From a virus (lineage: Duplodnaviria > Heunggongvirae > Uroviricota > Caudoviricetes), in the IMG/VR virus record IMGVR_UViG_2823670853_000002: 64,000 nt of DNA; one strand, 5' to 3'. Position numbers and translations under genes: made by a program. The notes beneath the pieces were generated by a model. That model had not been told where the DNA came from. It searched no databases and saw only the letters and a program-made list of their open reading frames with translations. The stretch's first letter is position 1. The number at the start of each line of letters is the position of its first letter. Shown here piece by piece: positions 1-10,679 of the stretch.

Positions 1-111
1 GACCATATTGCAGGATTTTCCCGTTGGGTAATTTCATCCATCCATCACCACTGGCAAAAGAGGCCATGTCCGGTATCTGATTTTCCCCTGTCCCCACATC
101 CCGTTTTGCCG

Positions 112-137
112 CTTCTCCCAAACCAACGTTTTAGTCT
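112..137. other. cix-like site-specific recombination site bordering the invertible C segment
   Basis: TTCTCCCAAACC-AA-CGTTTTAGTCTT has imperfect inverted half-sites around an AAACC/GGTTT-type core, as in Hin/Gin/Cin crossover sites; lies directly upstream of cin. Confidence 0.3.
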
Positions 138-192
138 TAATCCCTACCTATACCAACGATGTATTTTTAACTAAACAAAGAGGTTGTTTTTC

Positions 193-765
193 ATGCAAAT
201 TGGCTACATTCGTGTGTCAACAAATGACCAAAACACAGATTTACAAAGAAATGCACTGAACTGCGCAGGATGTGAACTGATTTTTGAAGATAAAATAAGC
301 GGAACAAAGTCAGCCAGACCAGGCTTGAAAAAGCTGCTCAGAACGTTATCAGAAGGAGATACGCTGGTTGTCTGGAAGCTGGATAGGCTTGGCAGAAGTA
401 TGAAACACCTTATCACGCTTATAGAGGAGTTGCGGGAAAAAGGTGTTAATTTCCGTAGTCTGACAGACAGTATTGACACATCAACACCCATGGGGCGTTT
501 CTTTTTTCATGTCATGGGTGCTTTAGCAGAAATGGAACGTGAATTAATTGTTGAGAGAACACTGGCCGGACTGGCAGCTGCACGCGAACAGGGACGCATT
601 GGCGGACGTCGCCCGAAGTTGACAAAAGAACAACATGAGCAAATAGCGAGGTTGATCGAAAATGGCTACAGCAGGAAACAGTTGGCAATTATTTACGATA
701 TCGGTGTATCGACGATTTATCGTTATCATCCTGTAGAGAAGCGCCAAACTCAATCTGAGCTGTAA
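193..765 (+). CDS. cin: Cin serine DNA invertase (resolvase/invertase family)
   Basis: MQIGYIRVSTNDQNTDLQRNAL... matches P1 Cin; ATG at 193 with AGAGG RBS (track ORF starts at an upstream TTG, 184). Confidence 0.9.
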   Translation: MQIGYIRVSTNDQNTDLQRNALNCAGCELIFEDKISGTKSARPGLKKLLRTLSEGDTLVVWKLDRLGRSMKHLITLIEELREKGVNFRSLTDSIDTSTPMGRFFFHVMGALAEMERELIVERTLAGLAAAREQGRIGGRRPKLTKEQHEQIARLIENGYSRKQLAIIYDIGVSTIYRYHPVEKRQTQSEL

Positions 766-1200
766 TTCTAATGCCGCGTCGGTGTAATTTATCATGATAG
801 AATAGGTACATTTATCGCGCGGCACATCAATTCGATGTATCTAGCGCCTGCTGACCGCTAATGAAAACTGTTCTCGAAATGTTGTCCCTAGTCCGAGACT
901 AGGGTATCACCTCTGGAAAGCATACGCAGAACCTTTTTTAACCCAGGGTGCCCAGCCTTTTTGCTGCTCGCCTTATTCGCAAAAATTAGCTCACATCCTG
1001 CGCTTTCAAGTGCTTTTCACTGCATAGCTGTGTTTTGTTCATTTGTCTATATGCGTACATAGCCTATTAGCATATTTTTTGCCCACTATCGTTATTTATT
1101 GCAAGCCACAGGTTTTAATTAACAAAACCAGTGTGTGTGGAAATCACAAAGTGCATACCGTTCTCAAATGTTGTTCAACTTACTGTTGTATAGGTAAAAA

Positions 1201-1464
1201 ATGACATTTTATGTACATATCGTGATGTTATCCCTTCTTGGTGGGGTGTATTCGTATTTGAGTGGGCTATGTGAAAACCGTTACGAGTCTTCATGCAAGA
1301 AATTGCTGGACGAATGTATTTCCGCCGTACTTGCTGGCTTTATTGGCATGTATCTCGCGGAATATAAGGATATGAATGAAAGCCTTCAGAGCTGCATGGT
1401 TCTTATTTTCAGCGCCAATAGCAGGCTTATTATTGAAGGTTCCAAAAGTCGGTTGAATAGGTAA
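1201..1464 (+). CDS. hypothetical small membrane protein (holin-like)
   Basis: 87-aa ORF with hydrophobic segments between cin and the lydA-darA operon. Confidence 0.35.
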   Translation: MTFYVHIVMLSLLGGVYSYLSGLCENRYESSCKKLLDECISAVLAGFIGMYLAEYKDMNESLQSCMVLIFSANSRLIIEGSKSRLNR

Positions 1465-1538
1465 GTCTCTTATACAACATAACCGGTTGAGAAGTTACTT
1501 TGCATACCATTACCTCCTGACAACGTAGGAGGGAACTT

Positions 1539-1868
1539 GTGCTTGACACACAGGAATTAGCTCCAGTTGCTATTGCGCTCCTGCTTTCAGTAATTGGTGG
1601 GATAGGCACGTTCCTGATGGATGTCCGAGACGGTCGCCAGTCTGGCAATTTGTTGGGATTGGTTACGGAGATCTTTGTTGCAGTGACAGCTGGCGCGGTG
1701 GCGTACCTATTGGGGCAACACGAGGGCTGGGAGTTATCAATTACGTACTTAATGGTAACGATAGCCAGCAATAACGGTCATGAGGTGATTTCAGGGATGA
1801 AACGAGTGAATATCGATAGCATTCTGAATGTTCTTACAAGTTTGGTGAAAAAGGGAGGTGGGAAATGA
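1539..1868 (+). CDS. lydA: holin LydA (first gene of darA operon)
   Basis: 109-aa protein with transmembrane segments; GTG start 6 nt after AGGAGG; position and size fit P1 lydA. Confidence 0.6.
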   Translation: MLDTQELAPVAIALLLSVIGGIGTFLMDVRDGRQSGNLLGLVTEIFVAVTAGAVAYLLGQHEGWELSITYLMVTIASNNGHEVISGMKRVNIDSILNVLTSLVKKGGGK

Positions 1869-2308
1869 TTGGCTGGGGTGTATGCGCTCTTGCGTTAGCC
1901 TTAGCCGATCGCTATTTGCTAAAACGCAAGGACATCACGCATTTAGAACTTGGTGATGTGGAAATTAAACCGGGTTTCATCCGGGTGCCGTTCAAATACC
2001 GGTCTAAATTCCCGTTTTTGCGCGGCGCAACGGTCAGATATTGGATCCGCGATGTTCAGAAACCGACGACAGTGATTGAAGGCGAACAACGTTGTTTGAC
2101 GTCGGCTGAACAGGGCGAAAACAGTGAATGGTTGTACATACCCACTGAATATATGGGTAAAGGAGAGCGACTGTGGCATTTCAACGTCATGGTTACGCAT
2201 GGCGACTCGTTCATTAACCCGTTGTATCGGATTTTCCCTGTTACTCAGCAAATCCGCAGAAGTTACGTAATAAATCTCGCACAGGATGTGTCAGATGACG
2301 AAAAATAA
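1865..2308 (+). CDS. lydB: antiholin LydB
   Basis: 147-aa ORF with ATGA overlap to the lydA stop; synteny with the P1 darA operon. Confidence 0.55.
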   Translation: MIGWGVCALALALADRYLLKRKDITHLELGDVEIKPGFIRVPFKYRSKFPFLRGATVRYWIRDVQKPTTVIEGEQRCLTSAEQGENSEWLYIPTEYMGKGERLWHFNVMVTHGDSFINPLYRIFPVTQQIRRSYVINLAQDVSDDEK

Positions 2309-2897
2309 GTATGCAACGGTCGATTTTGACCAGGTTAATGAAAAGGGGCTGAAATCCCTTATCGCGGCGATCAATAAAACCGGTGTTACGGTAATTGAGG
2401 TTGACTCCAGCAACCGCGCAACAACGAAAGATGGCGTTAAAGTTAAAACCGCAAAGCTGGTTCTTAACGACGGACAAATTCTTGCCATACAGGTAAACGA
2501 TACTGGCGATATATCGTCTGTGAGGCTGAATGGAAAAGCTATTCCTAACGCTCAGTCGCCGGATATCAAGACGCTTGGTACCGTCATGGGGCAAGCGGCC
2601 CGCAAAAACTCCGCAAAATTCCAGAAATCACTGATCGCCAAAGCGAAACGTGTTGCCAATCCGGTAGACAAGAAACCGGCAGTAAAATCCAACTTTCAGC
2701 GCCTGCAAGAGGCAAAACAGCGGAATGCTCAGGTGGTTGCCGCTTATAAATCAGCGCAGAACTCGGTGTCTTTCAATCAACAGCAGATCACTGATTTGCG
2801 GGCGAAGCTGGATAAGGAGACAGGCCGACTCAATAACGAAAAGGCCCGAAATGGCGAACTCAAACGCCGTCTTAAGCAACTGAAAGCAGGAAATTAA
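2295..2897 (+). CDS. hdf: Hdf (DarA-related head protein)
   Basis: About 200-aa ORF directly upstream of darA with a coiled-coil C-terminus; internal ATG with AGGA RBS preferred over the track start at 2286; synteny. Confidence 0.5.
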   Translation: MTKNKYATVDFDQVNEKGLKSLIAAINKTGVTVIEVDSSNRATTKDGVKVKTAKLVLNDGQILAIQVNDTGDISSVRLNGKAIPNAQSPDIKTLGTVMGQAARKNSAKFQKSLIAKAKRVANPVDKKPAVKSNFQRLQEAKQRNAQVVAAYKSAQNSVSFNQQQITDLRAKLDKETGRLNNEKARNGELKRRLKQLKAGN

Positions 2898-2898
2898 C

Positions 2899-4818
2899 AT
2901 GGAACAGTTCAATATCAATAAAGGGGTGACGATCAAGCCTGGGCTTGACGTGCTTCCCCCGCCAGTGACTGATGATGAATATCGCGCATTAATGGCCGGT
3001 GAGGACCGCTATCTGATGACGGAATCCAACACCCTGGAGGAAATCGAGGCTACGTTCTTCTATGACACGCCGATCCACTGGTGTGCTACGGATTTACTGG
3101 AGGCGATTAGTTCTACTCGTTTGCAGTTACACCGGGCCATGCAGGCATTTGTCCGGGCATTGAACCAGAAGCTGAATGGTACCGGAATCTCTGCGGGGAG
3201 TGATAAAACGGGGGATGTGGCCCAGAGCGGCGCGCGCGCGATCGGCGGCGCTGAAATTGGCCGGGCACGTAACGTTAACGGGCTGCCGGTCTTGCCAGCC
3301 ATTATTCCGCTCAGTGATGGTCAGACTATCAGCATTCTGTTTCATAGCCCGACAGCGGAAAACCGGATCACCAATAGCGATACGCTGGTTGCTTTCCAGT
3401 TCTTACTGAATAAAAAAGACGTTACTCACACCGTTGCTCCGATGAGTGGACGTGATATGACGCTGGCGCAGGTCACCATGAAACTTGCCAACCTTGCAGA
3501 GAAAAACTCGGCAAAATTCCAGCGTGCGCAGAAGAAGAAAAAAGCCCTTGTTGATGAAATAACCCAACTACAGGCTGACAGTGACCAGAAAGAGGATGCC
3601 ATGAGCGACCTCGCGGATCAGGTGGCAGCGGTAGAAGGGCAGAAGGCAGATCTGGAGCAGAAAATTAACGCTGTTGCATCGGAAGCGGATTCTCTTTATG
3701 AAGAGAATGAGCGTTTGCAGACGGAGATTGATCAGCTCAATCGCACTGGTGGGCGCGATACCATTGCTCCAGCGGGGATGACTGGTGGGCACTCTCGCGC
3801 GCTGACGGATCGCCTTGCCAGTATCAAAAATCGTATGCATATGGACGGGGAAGTGACGCTCAGTAATGGTGCATCAATGAAGCAATTCATTGGGGGCGGC
3901 GAAGGGTATATCCAGTTAACCGATCCGGATGGCAGCGTATACATGATCAAGGCTAAATCCATACAGGGTGTGGACATGGCAGATGCGATCGGCAAGCTGT
4001 TTAAAGCCTATAAAGCGGGTAATGTATCGGAATACCTGGTCCAACCAGAAGAACATAAACCGGAAAACGTCGAACCTGAACCAGCGGAGGATACCGGTAG
4101 CTCTTCGCCTGAACCAGAAGTCTCTGTAGGTGCATATCGATATGCCCTGCAAATGCGTCCGGCGGCCCCTGGCGCAATACCTGAAGGTAACAAAGCAATT
4201 CTGCCGCGCCCTGATGAAGGTGACCCGTATTATGAATATGCACGCTACGGCATTGCTACTTACGATACCCCGCTTTCTGATCAGCAAATGAGTGAGTACG
4301 ACCTGAAGTTATTGCCTCGCGAGGATTCTTTCGACTTCCTGGCGAAGACACTTACTAATGGTCCGTTTGGCAAATATTCACAAAAAGCTCTGGAGCTGGC
4401 CACCAGCTCACCAGACGAGTTCCGCGTAATGCTGAAAACTCAGTTTCAAAAAACTTTCCCCAATATTGCGTTTCCTGGGGGCGCTGGCACCGAGAAAATG
4501 GTGCAGAGCATGATCAATGCATTGCAGGCCGAAGTCGGTGAGATTCCTCAGCCAGAACCGGCCCCGGCACAGCCTGATGAAACGGTTAGCGAAGCAGATG
4601 CAGAGGCTAATAAAGCCATTGAATATCTCAATAACGTGATGGATATACAAAGCACTGACATGGCGGAGATCCGTAACGCCCGGGGCAATGTCCGGGAAGC
4701 GATTGCAGCCCTTCAGGCTGCCGGACGTTTTGAGGAAAACGAAGAGCTGGTTAACGGCGCAGCTCGCCACCTGGCTGATCTGTTGGTAGCAATCCAGAAA
4801 GCGGGGGTAGCGGCATGA
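2899..4818 (+). CDS. darA: DarA antirestriction internal head protein
   Basis: 639-aa ORF, the size reported for P1 DarA, in the expected operon position. Confidence 0.75.
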   Translation: MEQFNINKGVTIKPGLDVLPPPVTDDEYRALMAGEDRYLMTESNTLEEIEATFFYDTPIHWCATDLLEAISSTRLQLHRAMQAFVRALNQKLNGTGISAGSDKTGDVAQSGARAIGGAEIGRARNVNGLPVLPAIIPLSDGQTISILFHSPTAENRITNSDTLVAFQFLLNKKDVTHTVAPMSGRDMTLAQVTMKLANLAEKNSAKFQRAQKKKKALVDEITQLQADSDQKEDAMSDLADQVAAVEGQKADLEQKINAVASEADSLYEENERLQTEIDQLNRTGGRDTIAPAGMTGGHSRALTDRLASIKNRMHMDGEVTLSNGASMKQFIGGGEGYIQLTDPDGSVYMIKAKSIQGVDMADAIGKLFKAYKAGNVSEYLVQPEEHKPENVEPEPAEDTGSSSPEPEVSVGAYRYALQMRPAAPGAIPEGNKAILPRPDEGDPYYEYARYGIATYDTPLSDQQMSEYDLKLLPREDSFDFLAKTLTNGPFGKYSQKALELATSSPDEFRVMLKTQFQKTFPNIAFPGGAGTEKMVQSMINALQAEVGEIPQPEPAPAQPDETVSEADAEANKAIEYLNNVMDIQSTDMAEIRNARGNVREAIAALQAAGRFEENEELVNGAARHLADLLVAIQKAGVAA

Positions 4819-5180
4819 CACTATCAGCTATTGAGTTAATGGATCTCAGCGATAAGTTGGATGCTCTGATGTCCAAAGCGGCTACCGCGAGTGGCATGGA
4901 GTTGCTGGATATCAGCGATGAAATTGACCAGATCATGCAACAGATGGGGTACGGCGCGTCCGGCGGTGGTAGTGGCGAGGAAAAACAACCTTCGGAACAT
5001 GATGGTGTGCCAAAACTGGTTGCTGATTTCCTGGCTGATAAATTCGTCGATCAGAGCACCGATGCATTTATCGGTACCTTGCAGGATTTGAGTCAATATG
5101 TTGGCACATACATCGACCTGGACCAGGTTAAACAGCACACTGCGGCATGGATAGCCGCCAACATTAAAGAGGCAGCATAA
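4815..5180 (+). CDS. ddrA: DdrA
   Basis: 121-aa ORF overlapping the darA stop; synteny with the P1 darA operon. Confidence 0.55.
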   Translation: MTLSAIELMDLSDKLDALMSKAATASGMELLDISDEIDQIMQQMGYGASGGGSGEEKQPSEHDGVPKLVADFLADKFVDQSTDAFIGTLQDLSQYVGTYIDLDQVKQHTAAWIAANIKEAA

Positions 5181-5192
5181 GGCGTAACAGGG

Positions 5193-8180
5193 ATGAGCTT
5201 AAGCGATCAGGTGGTAATGGCCACCAGCATAGAAACGCTGATCGAGCTGCTAAAGAACCTGCCCGATTATGGGCGGGTTTCGTATGTGGTGACAGCGAAG
5301 GGAGACGAGGTAAAAACAGCGTTTGATATCGTCGATGCCTCAGCTCTTTTGGTATCCAATACTCTGGATGGGAAAATTAATCCTGACTATCCCCAGGAAC
5401 TTCAGCCGCGCGACCGGACCCGCGCATCCAGCCTTCTTCAGGTTAACCAGATATCCAAAGATTTGCGGCCAGCTCAGCTTACTGATTCCGGTTTATCCAG
5501 CCATGGTGCGCCAATAATTGGTGAGGACAATGCCGTTGAGTCAGGTAATGGGCGGACCATGGGGATCATTAAAGCCTATCAGGACGGTAATGCGGATCGG
5601 TATCGGGAGTACCTGATTGAACATGCGACCGAATTCGGCATACGGCCTGAAAAGGTTGAATCAATGACGGCTCCGGTACTGGTGCGCCGCCGGTTAACGA
5701 AGGTTGACCGTGTTCAGTTTGCCAAGGACTCAAATATTTCTGATCTCCAGGAAATGGCAGCCAGTGAAAAGGCTTTTGTTGATGCCGACAGCATAACACC
5801 GGCGATGATGGCGTTGTTTAACCCGTCAGAAAGTGGAGATCTGCTTAGCCGCAGTAATGACGCGTTTATTCGCGGATTTATGACGCAAGTTGGTGCCACA
5901 CAGGCGGCTGGCCTTGTAACTGAAGATGGGCGACCAACACGGCAACTTGTAGACCGTATACAAAACGCGATCTTTGCCAAGGCATATAAGGATGCGCGCC
6001 TGGTAAGGATGGTTGCAGAAGAACCTGATCCGGATATGCGTAATGTTCTGACGGCGCTTAATGCGGCAGCCAATGATTTTGTCCAGATGCAGGCTTTATC
6101 AGGAGAAGCGCACAAGCAGGCTGTGACAACTATTGTTGATGGCATTGAGACAGCGGATAGCCTCGATAAAAAGGCGCTGGCGGCATTGAAAGATGCGGTA
6201 GACCTGGTAAGGCAATCGAAGGAGTCAGGCCAGCATATTACCGATGTTATTGCTCAGGGGGATATGTTCAGCGAAACGGCCCCGGAAGTGAAAGCACTCG
6301 CGTTGTTCATCGTCGCGAATAACCGTAGCGCGAAGCGTATGGCCACCGCCTTTAAGTTGATGGCTCAACGTATCAATGATGAGTTACAGCACCAGGGCCA
6401 GGCGCTGGGGGATATGTTTGGCGGCGGCGATGTGTCGTTACAGGATATCCTTCGCCAGGTGTCTCAGGAACTGGAAAACGAAGGCATGCAAGGGATATCC
6501 GGCGGTCTTTTCGAGTCCGTTTCCGGCGGTAGTTACAACGGTGTTGCTCCGTATACCAGTTTGCTATTACATCGGGCATCCGGCATCAAAGACATTATTC
6601 ATCTGATCAGGCTGCTTTCCCGCACAGATCCCCAGGATGAACAGCTTGTACAAGTGCTTGCGCATTTTGTTCGAATGCCTGTTGCCGACGTGAAAAAATG
6701 GTGCCGATTATTCGGTATCAGCAATTCGTTACTTCGCGGCTTGTTAAATCACGCATCCTCCCTTGGGCGCGATGGCTTTGACGAGATAGCGCAGGCGATA
6801 AAAAACGGAGATATGCCACCAGCTATTGACTGGTTTTCCATTCGCCCAACCAGGGTGAAAGCATTCCTTAGCGCGGCGCATTCGGCATCACCATTGGCAG
6901 AAATGGTTCAGAGGTTGTCGCTCATATTCACAGACCATACCGCGTTGGTTGATCTGACTCTGGACGAGATGAAAGAAGCCTCCATTCAGTGGGCCGATCG
7001 ACAAAATGAGGTTAACTCAGACTTCTTGCCAGCATTCAGGAAGGCCGTTAGTAAAGCGGATGATGCCCGTGGAATTCTGAAGGCATTTAAGGCATTGCAA
7101 AGTCGTGTTAATAAACATGTCGGTGATATCGATGGGGTAACGGCGGAAGGCCGGGATATTCTTAAAGAGCACGGCATAACGCCAGAGTTTATTGATGAGA
7201 TCAGGACTGATATGCAGCGTGAGGTCGTATCGTCCCTGCAAATCGTAGCCAGAGCGTTGGCGGATGCTAATCCGAAGAGTGCGGCCATTGTTAACCGGGT
7301 TATTGGTGATATTGAAGCATCGGAGGGCATGGGGGCGCTGAAACTCTTCCTTTCGCGAGCGTTTAATCCTAACGGCAATATTCTCCCTGGCATTATTGGT
7401 GAGGCTAAAAAGTATGTCAGTGAAGAAGAGCTTGAGCAGCTTGACCAACTACTTAAGCGATTCTCATATAACCCGCAGATACGCTGGCAAATGAATCAGC
7501 GAAGTATGGGTTCGGTCCACGAGAAAGTGTTATCTGCCATGAACAGTGCGATCGCAAACTCATCCGTATCTGAAGAAAAAGCTCTTGAGTGGGCCGACTC
7601 TTTTATCACAGAAGAAGTGGAAGAAGTCCGCGCTGGACAGAATGGTGGGATAGACCTGCGCAAGGAACTTGCTGATATTTATCGCCTGACCGGCGGGAAA
7701 ATATCGACCTTATCAAAGGTAGTTCACCACCAGGGAAGGGCATATGCAAATCTTAATGGTGTTGTTGCTGTCAATTTGAACGATGAAAATGCAAGTGCAC
7801 TGTGGCACGAGCTGGGTCATCATCTTGAGTACAGTAACCCTGGTTTGTTAGAGAAAGCCCGGTCATTCCTGAAGTCCAATGTTGAAGGGGATAAGCCATC
7901 TTTCGTCAATATCGGTGGGCGTGGCAAGCCTGAATGGTGCTTCAGATCTCGATTGAGTAATATTTATATGGCGAAGGTATACCCGCCAGCCTCAGTAAGT
8001 AACACCGGGAAAATTCGGCAGAAATCACCGACTATTTCCAAAACGTCAGCAACGGAAGTATTCTCTATGGCTCTTCAGTTGTATCATGACAAAGAGGCCG
8101 CTGCCGCATCACTGATGAATGGTGACGGATTGCTGGAACTGTTATTAGGTGTGGCAAAGGAGCTAAATAATGCAGATTAA
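5193..8180 (+). CDS. ddrB: DdrB, large Dar-operon protein with HExxH motif
   Basis: 995-aa ORF; contains LWHELGHHLEY (zincin-like HExxH); synteny with P1 ddrB. Confidence 0.6.
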   Translation: MSLSDQVVMATSIETLIELLKNLPDYGRVSYVVTAKGDEVKTAFDIVDASALLVSNTLDGKINPDYPQELQPRDRTRASSLLQVNQISKDLRPAQLTDSGLSSHGAPIIGEDNAVESGNGRTMGIIKAYQDGNADRYREYLIEHATEFGIRPEKVESMTAPVLVRRRLTKVDRVQFAKDSNISDLQEMAASEKAFVDADSITPAMMALFNPSESGDLLSRSNDAFIRGFMTQVGATQAAGLVTEDGRPTRQLVDRIQNAIFAKAYKDARLVRMVAEEPDPDMRNVLTALNAAANDFVQMQALSGEAHKQAVTTIVDGIETADSLDKKALAALKDAVDLVRQSKESGQHITDVIAQGDMFSETAPEVKALALFIVANNRSAKRMATAFKLMAQRINDELQHQGQALGDMFGGGDVSLQDILRQVSQELENEGMQGISGGLFESVSGGSYNGVAPYTSLLLHRASGIKDIIHLIRLLSRTDPQDEQLVQVLAHFVRMPVADVKKWCRLFGISNSLLRGLLNHASSLGRDGFDEIAQAIKNGDMPPAIDWFSIRPTRVKAFLSAAHSASPLAEMVQRLSLIFTDHTALVDLTLDEMKEASIQWADRQNEVNSDFLPAFRKAVSKADDARGILKAFKALQSRVNKHVGDIDGVTAEGRDILKEHGITPEFIDEIRTDMQREVVSSLQIVARALADANPKSAAIVNRVIGDIEASEGMGALKLFLSRAFNPNGNILPGIIGEAKKYVSEEELEQLDQLLKRFSYNPQIRWQMNQRSMGSVHEKVLSAMNSAIANSSVSEEKALEWADSFITEEVEEVRAGQNGGIDLRKELADIYRLTGGKISTLSKVVHHQGRAYANLNGVVAVNLNDENASALWHELGHHLEYSNPGLLEKARSFLKSNVEGDKPSFVNIGGRGKPEWCFRSRLSNIYMAKVYPPASVSNTGKIRQKSPTISKTSATEVFSMALQLYHDKEAAAASLMNGDGLLELLLGVAKELNNAD

Positions 8181-8478
8181 AATCGCAGCGCCATTAGGTG
8201 GAGATGCCATTATCGAATTTGATGATAATGAAGAAGTTTCCGGGCGTTTAAGCATTATCTCCGGTGACATTACCGAGGACATGATCGCTGAAGCCATAGC
8301 TGGGGCAAATCCCAATAGCTATATGGGATTCGTTAACACCCTTGATGCTCCCGCAAGTGATGTTCTCCGAACGCTGCATCTTTACGCTGGCTGGTTTGTT
8401 GATTGGCCAGCAGTAGATGGTGGCGATGAGGACGACGACGATGATTTTGGTGATCATGTAGACCAGATCGTATATTGA
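8170..8478 (+). CDS. hypothetical acidic protein (last gene of darA operon)
   Basis: 102-aa ORF overlapping the ddrB end, Asp/Glu-rich C-terminus, followed by a terminator. Confidence 0.4.
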   Translation: MQIKIAAPLGGDAIIEFDDNEEVSGRLSIISGDITEDMIAEAIAGANPNSYMGFVNTLDAPASDVLRTLHLYAGWFVDWPAVDGGDEDDDDDFGDHVDQIVY

Positions 8479-8481
8479 AGA

Positions 8482-8510
8482 AATCCCGCCACTCGGCGGG
8501 ATTTTTTTTA
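8482..8510 (+). terminator. rho-independent terminator of the darA operon
   Basis: AATCCCGCC-ACTC-GGCGGGATT hairpin followed by a T8 run. Confidence 0.65.
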
Positions 8511-9290
8511 ATCGCTTTCCACTTCTTCCGTGGTGTTTTCTTGCAGTTCTGTTAATGCAGCACGACATAGGTTCCGGGCATTGGCTATAGCCACACTTTT
8601 GACTTCATCCGTCATCGTGCAGGTAATGTACTGATCGAGTTCTTCAGCGCGGATGATGCTTTTGCCAATCAGAAACTGTATTTGCCAGAGCAGATCGGCA
8701 TCCATAATCAGAATTTCTGCCGGGCCTTCAGGGCCAGCCGGGAAGGAAACATAAGACTGTTTGCCCAGGCCGACAACTCGACAACTTGCTTCAAGAATTG
8801 CGCGCTTGAGGTCTGACTTTATAACGGAAACAGGTTGATTTTCACCAGTGATTACGCCGTTGACATGGAAAGGCATGTAGCTTGAAATACGCTCCACTTT
8901 CCACACGCCAGCAAGCGATCCTTCATGCAGCACAATGGGGGTAACCGCGAGTTTCATCTCACCATATAGCTGCTGGCAGATAGCTGGATTGCTGAATACA
9001 TCTAAAGGCTCACATTCAAACAGCGGCGCAATCTGCATGAGGTCCATCATGGTCATCCCTGGGGTACGAGCAGTAATGAATCTGCGCATACCAGTATCCA
9101 TTGCGCTCCAGATTGCTACACCATGCTTTTTGCTCACTTCTTCAGTAAAGCCAAGGTGGCACATGATGGTTTTTTCGATAGCCAGATCAGAGATCGAAAC
9201 CTTTTCGCCAGGCACACCATCATTATTGATGGTCACTTCGACACTCTGACCATTACGCAGGCGGTATTGAATTGCTTTAGTATTTTCCAC
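8508..9290 (-). CDS. hypothetical protein (third gene of ssb operon)
   Basis: 260-aa ORF with acidic C-terminal tail; GTG start with GGAG RBS; unknown function. Confidence 0.5.
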   Translation of the reverse strand: MENTKAIQYRLRNGQSVEVTINNDGVPGEKVSISDLAIEKTIMCHLGFTEEVSKKHGVAIWSAMDTGMRRFITARTPGMTMMDLMQIAPLFECEPLDVFSNPAICQQLYGEMKLAVTPIVLHEGSLAGVWKVERISSYMPFHVNGVITGENQPVSVIKSDLKRAILEASCRVVGLGKQSYVSFPAGPEGPAEILIMDADLLWQIQFLIGKSIIRAEELDQYITCTMTDEVKSVAIANARNLCRAALTELQENTTEEVESD

Positions 9291-9296
9291 GTTAAA

Positions 9297-9974
9297 TCAC
9301 TCCACTACAAACCAGTCACATGCCAGTAAGTCGCCTACAGAAGGAACCCACGGAACAACTACACCTTGTGCATTTTTTAAGGCGAAATAAGCACCATACG
9401 GAACGAGGTCGCCGGGGAAATATCCCTTAATGGCTTCCATTCGTGCCGGGTACTGTCCTTCAGGAACCAGCCAGCAGAATTGGTTTTCGCCGTTCCACCC
9501 GCGTCGAGCAACTTTCTTGCCATCCTTCAGCCACATCAGCGCGTCAGAAAAGTCGGCTGCTTCAAGGTCGATTTCTTCTTGTGTGGTAATGATGCCACTG
9601 GCAGCAATAGTTACGTCCCTGGCTGTAATGAATGTCACCCCATTGTGACCTTCAATACTGAGCGATACCCCATTTTCGAAGAAGTCGTTAGTCCGACTAA
9701 AGCCTTCTTCAAATGTTTTTTCTGGTGAATAGGACAGAGATCCGTCCTCATAAGCGACCAGATATCCGCCAATTTCTGGTCGGTGTTTTTGCAAAAACAT
9801 TTTATCAACATGGACTTTTACCCCTTCTGGCTCAACGACTTCGATGTTGCAAAAAAGGACCACATCCATTAGGGCGATAATTTCGATATCTTTGATTTTT
9901 GAGGCGCGAACTGTTTTATGGCTTTTGTATTTTGGAAGTGCCGTCAAAAGCTCTTTCGTTGTCATGTTATTCAT
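9297..9974 (-). CDS. DUF2829 (Tad2-like) domain protein
   Basis: C-terminal 85 aa (FSDALMWLKDGKKVARRGWNGEN...VVVPWVPSVGDLLACDWFVVE) matches the DUF2829 signature; start at MNNMTTK with GAGGAAAG RBS (track ORF extends to 10142 from a GTG). Confidence 0.55.
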   Translation of the reverse strand: MNNMTTKELLTALPKYKSHKTVRASKIKDIEIIALMDVVLFCNIEVVEPEGVKVHVDKMFLQKHRPEIGGYLVAYEDGSLSYSPEKTFEEGFSRTNDFFENGVSLSIEGHNGVTFITARDVTIAASGIITTQEEIDLEAADFSDALMWLKDGKKVARRGWNGENQFCWLVPEGQYPARMEAIKGYFPGDLVPYGAYFALKNAQGVVVPWVPSVGDLLACDWFVVE

Positions 9975-10171
9975 AGTCTTTCCTCTGCTTAAAACCTGAT
10001 GTATTGCGCCTTCAGGTGGGTCAGGAATGTTTTCCCACCAGCGAAAGCAATATCTCGGGGTGTTCTTTTCGTGAAAAGCGCGTGCCATTGCCAACTTTGG
10101 CGTTTGTTTGCGAGTTCGTGCTTTTGTCGGCGTCTGGACCACCGCTTTTCTTTCAGTCGTTTTTTACACAT

Positions 10172-10660
10172 TCAAAACGGAATATCGTCGTCAAAGTCCA
10201 TTGGAGGTTCGTTATTGGCGTTGCTCTGAGGTTTACCGCCACCACTGTATTGCTGGTGGTTTTGAGGTTGGTTTGATTGCCCCCAGCCATTTGAGGACTG
10301 TGAATCGTCACGGCGAGCGCCGATCATTTGCATGGTGCCGCCCTGGCTGACGATAATTTCCGTCGTGTAACGTTCTACACCGGCGTCATCTGTCCACTTA
10401 CGGGTTTTAAGTTTCCCTTCGATGTAGACCTGAGAACCTTTTCGTAAATACTCACTCGCAATTTCAGCAAGTTTTCCGAACAAAACGACTTTATGCCATT
10501 CTGTTTGCTCTTTCTGTTGGCCCGTTTGCTTGTCCCGCCATGATTCATTCGTTGCGATGCTGAGTCTTCCGACCGCGCCGCCATTTGGTATATACCTGAT
10601 CTCCGGGTCTTGCCCCAGGGTACCAATCAGGATGACTTTGTTTACACCGCGTTGTGCCAC
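10172..10660 (-). CDS. ssb: single-stranded DNA-binding protein
   Basis: [23 protein letters not shown]... with acidic C-terminus DFDDDIPF; canonical SSB. Confidence 0.93.
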   Translation of the reverse strand: MAQRGVNKVILIGTLGQDPEIRYIPNGGAVGRLSIATNESWRDKQTGQQKEQTEWHKVVLFGKLAEIASEYLRKGSQVYIEGKLKTRKWTDDAGVERYTTEIIVSQGGTMQMIGARRDDSQSSNGWGQSNQPQNHQQYSGGGKPQSNANNEPPMDFDDDIPF

Positions 10661-10679
10661 TTATCTTACCTAATAAAAT

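Noticed and set aside
886-904. Hairpin CCCTAGTC-CGA-GACTAGGG downstream of cin as a terminator
   Set aside because: No following U-tract; not called as an intrinsic terminator.
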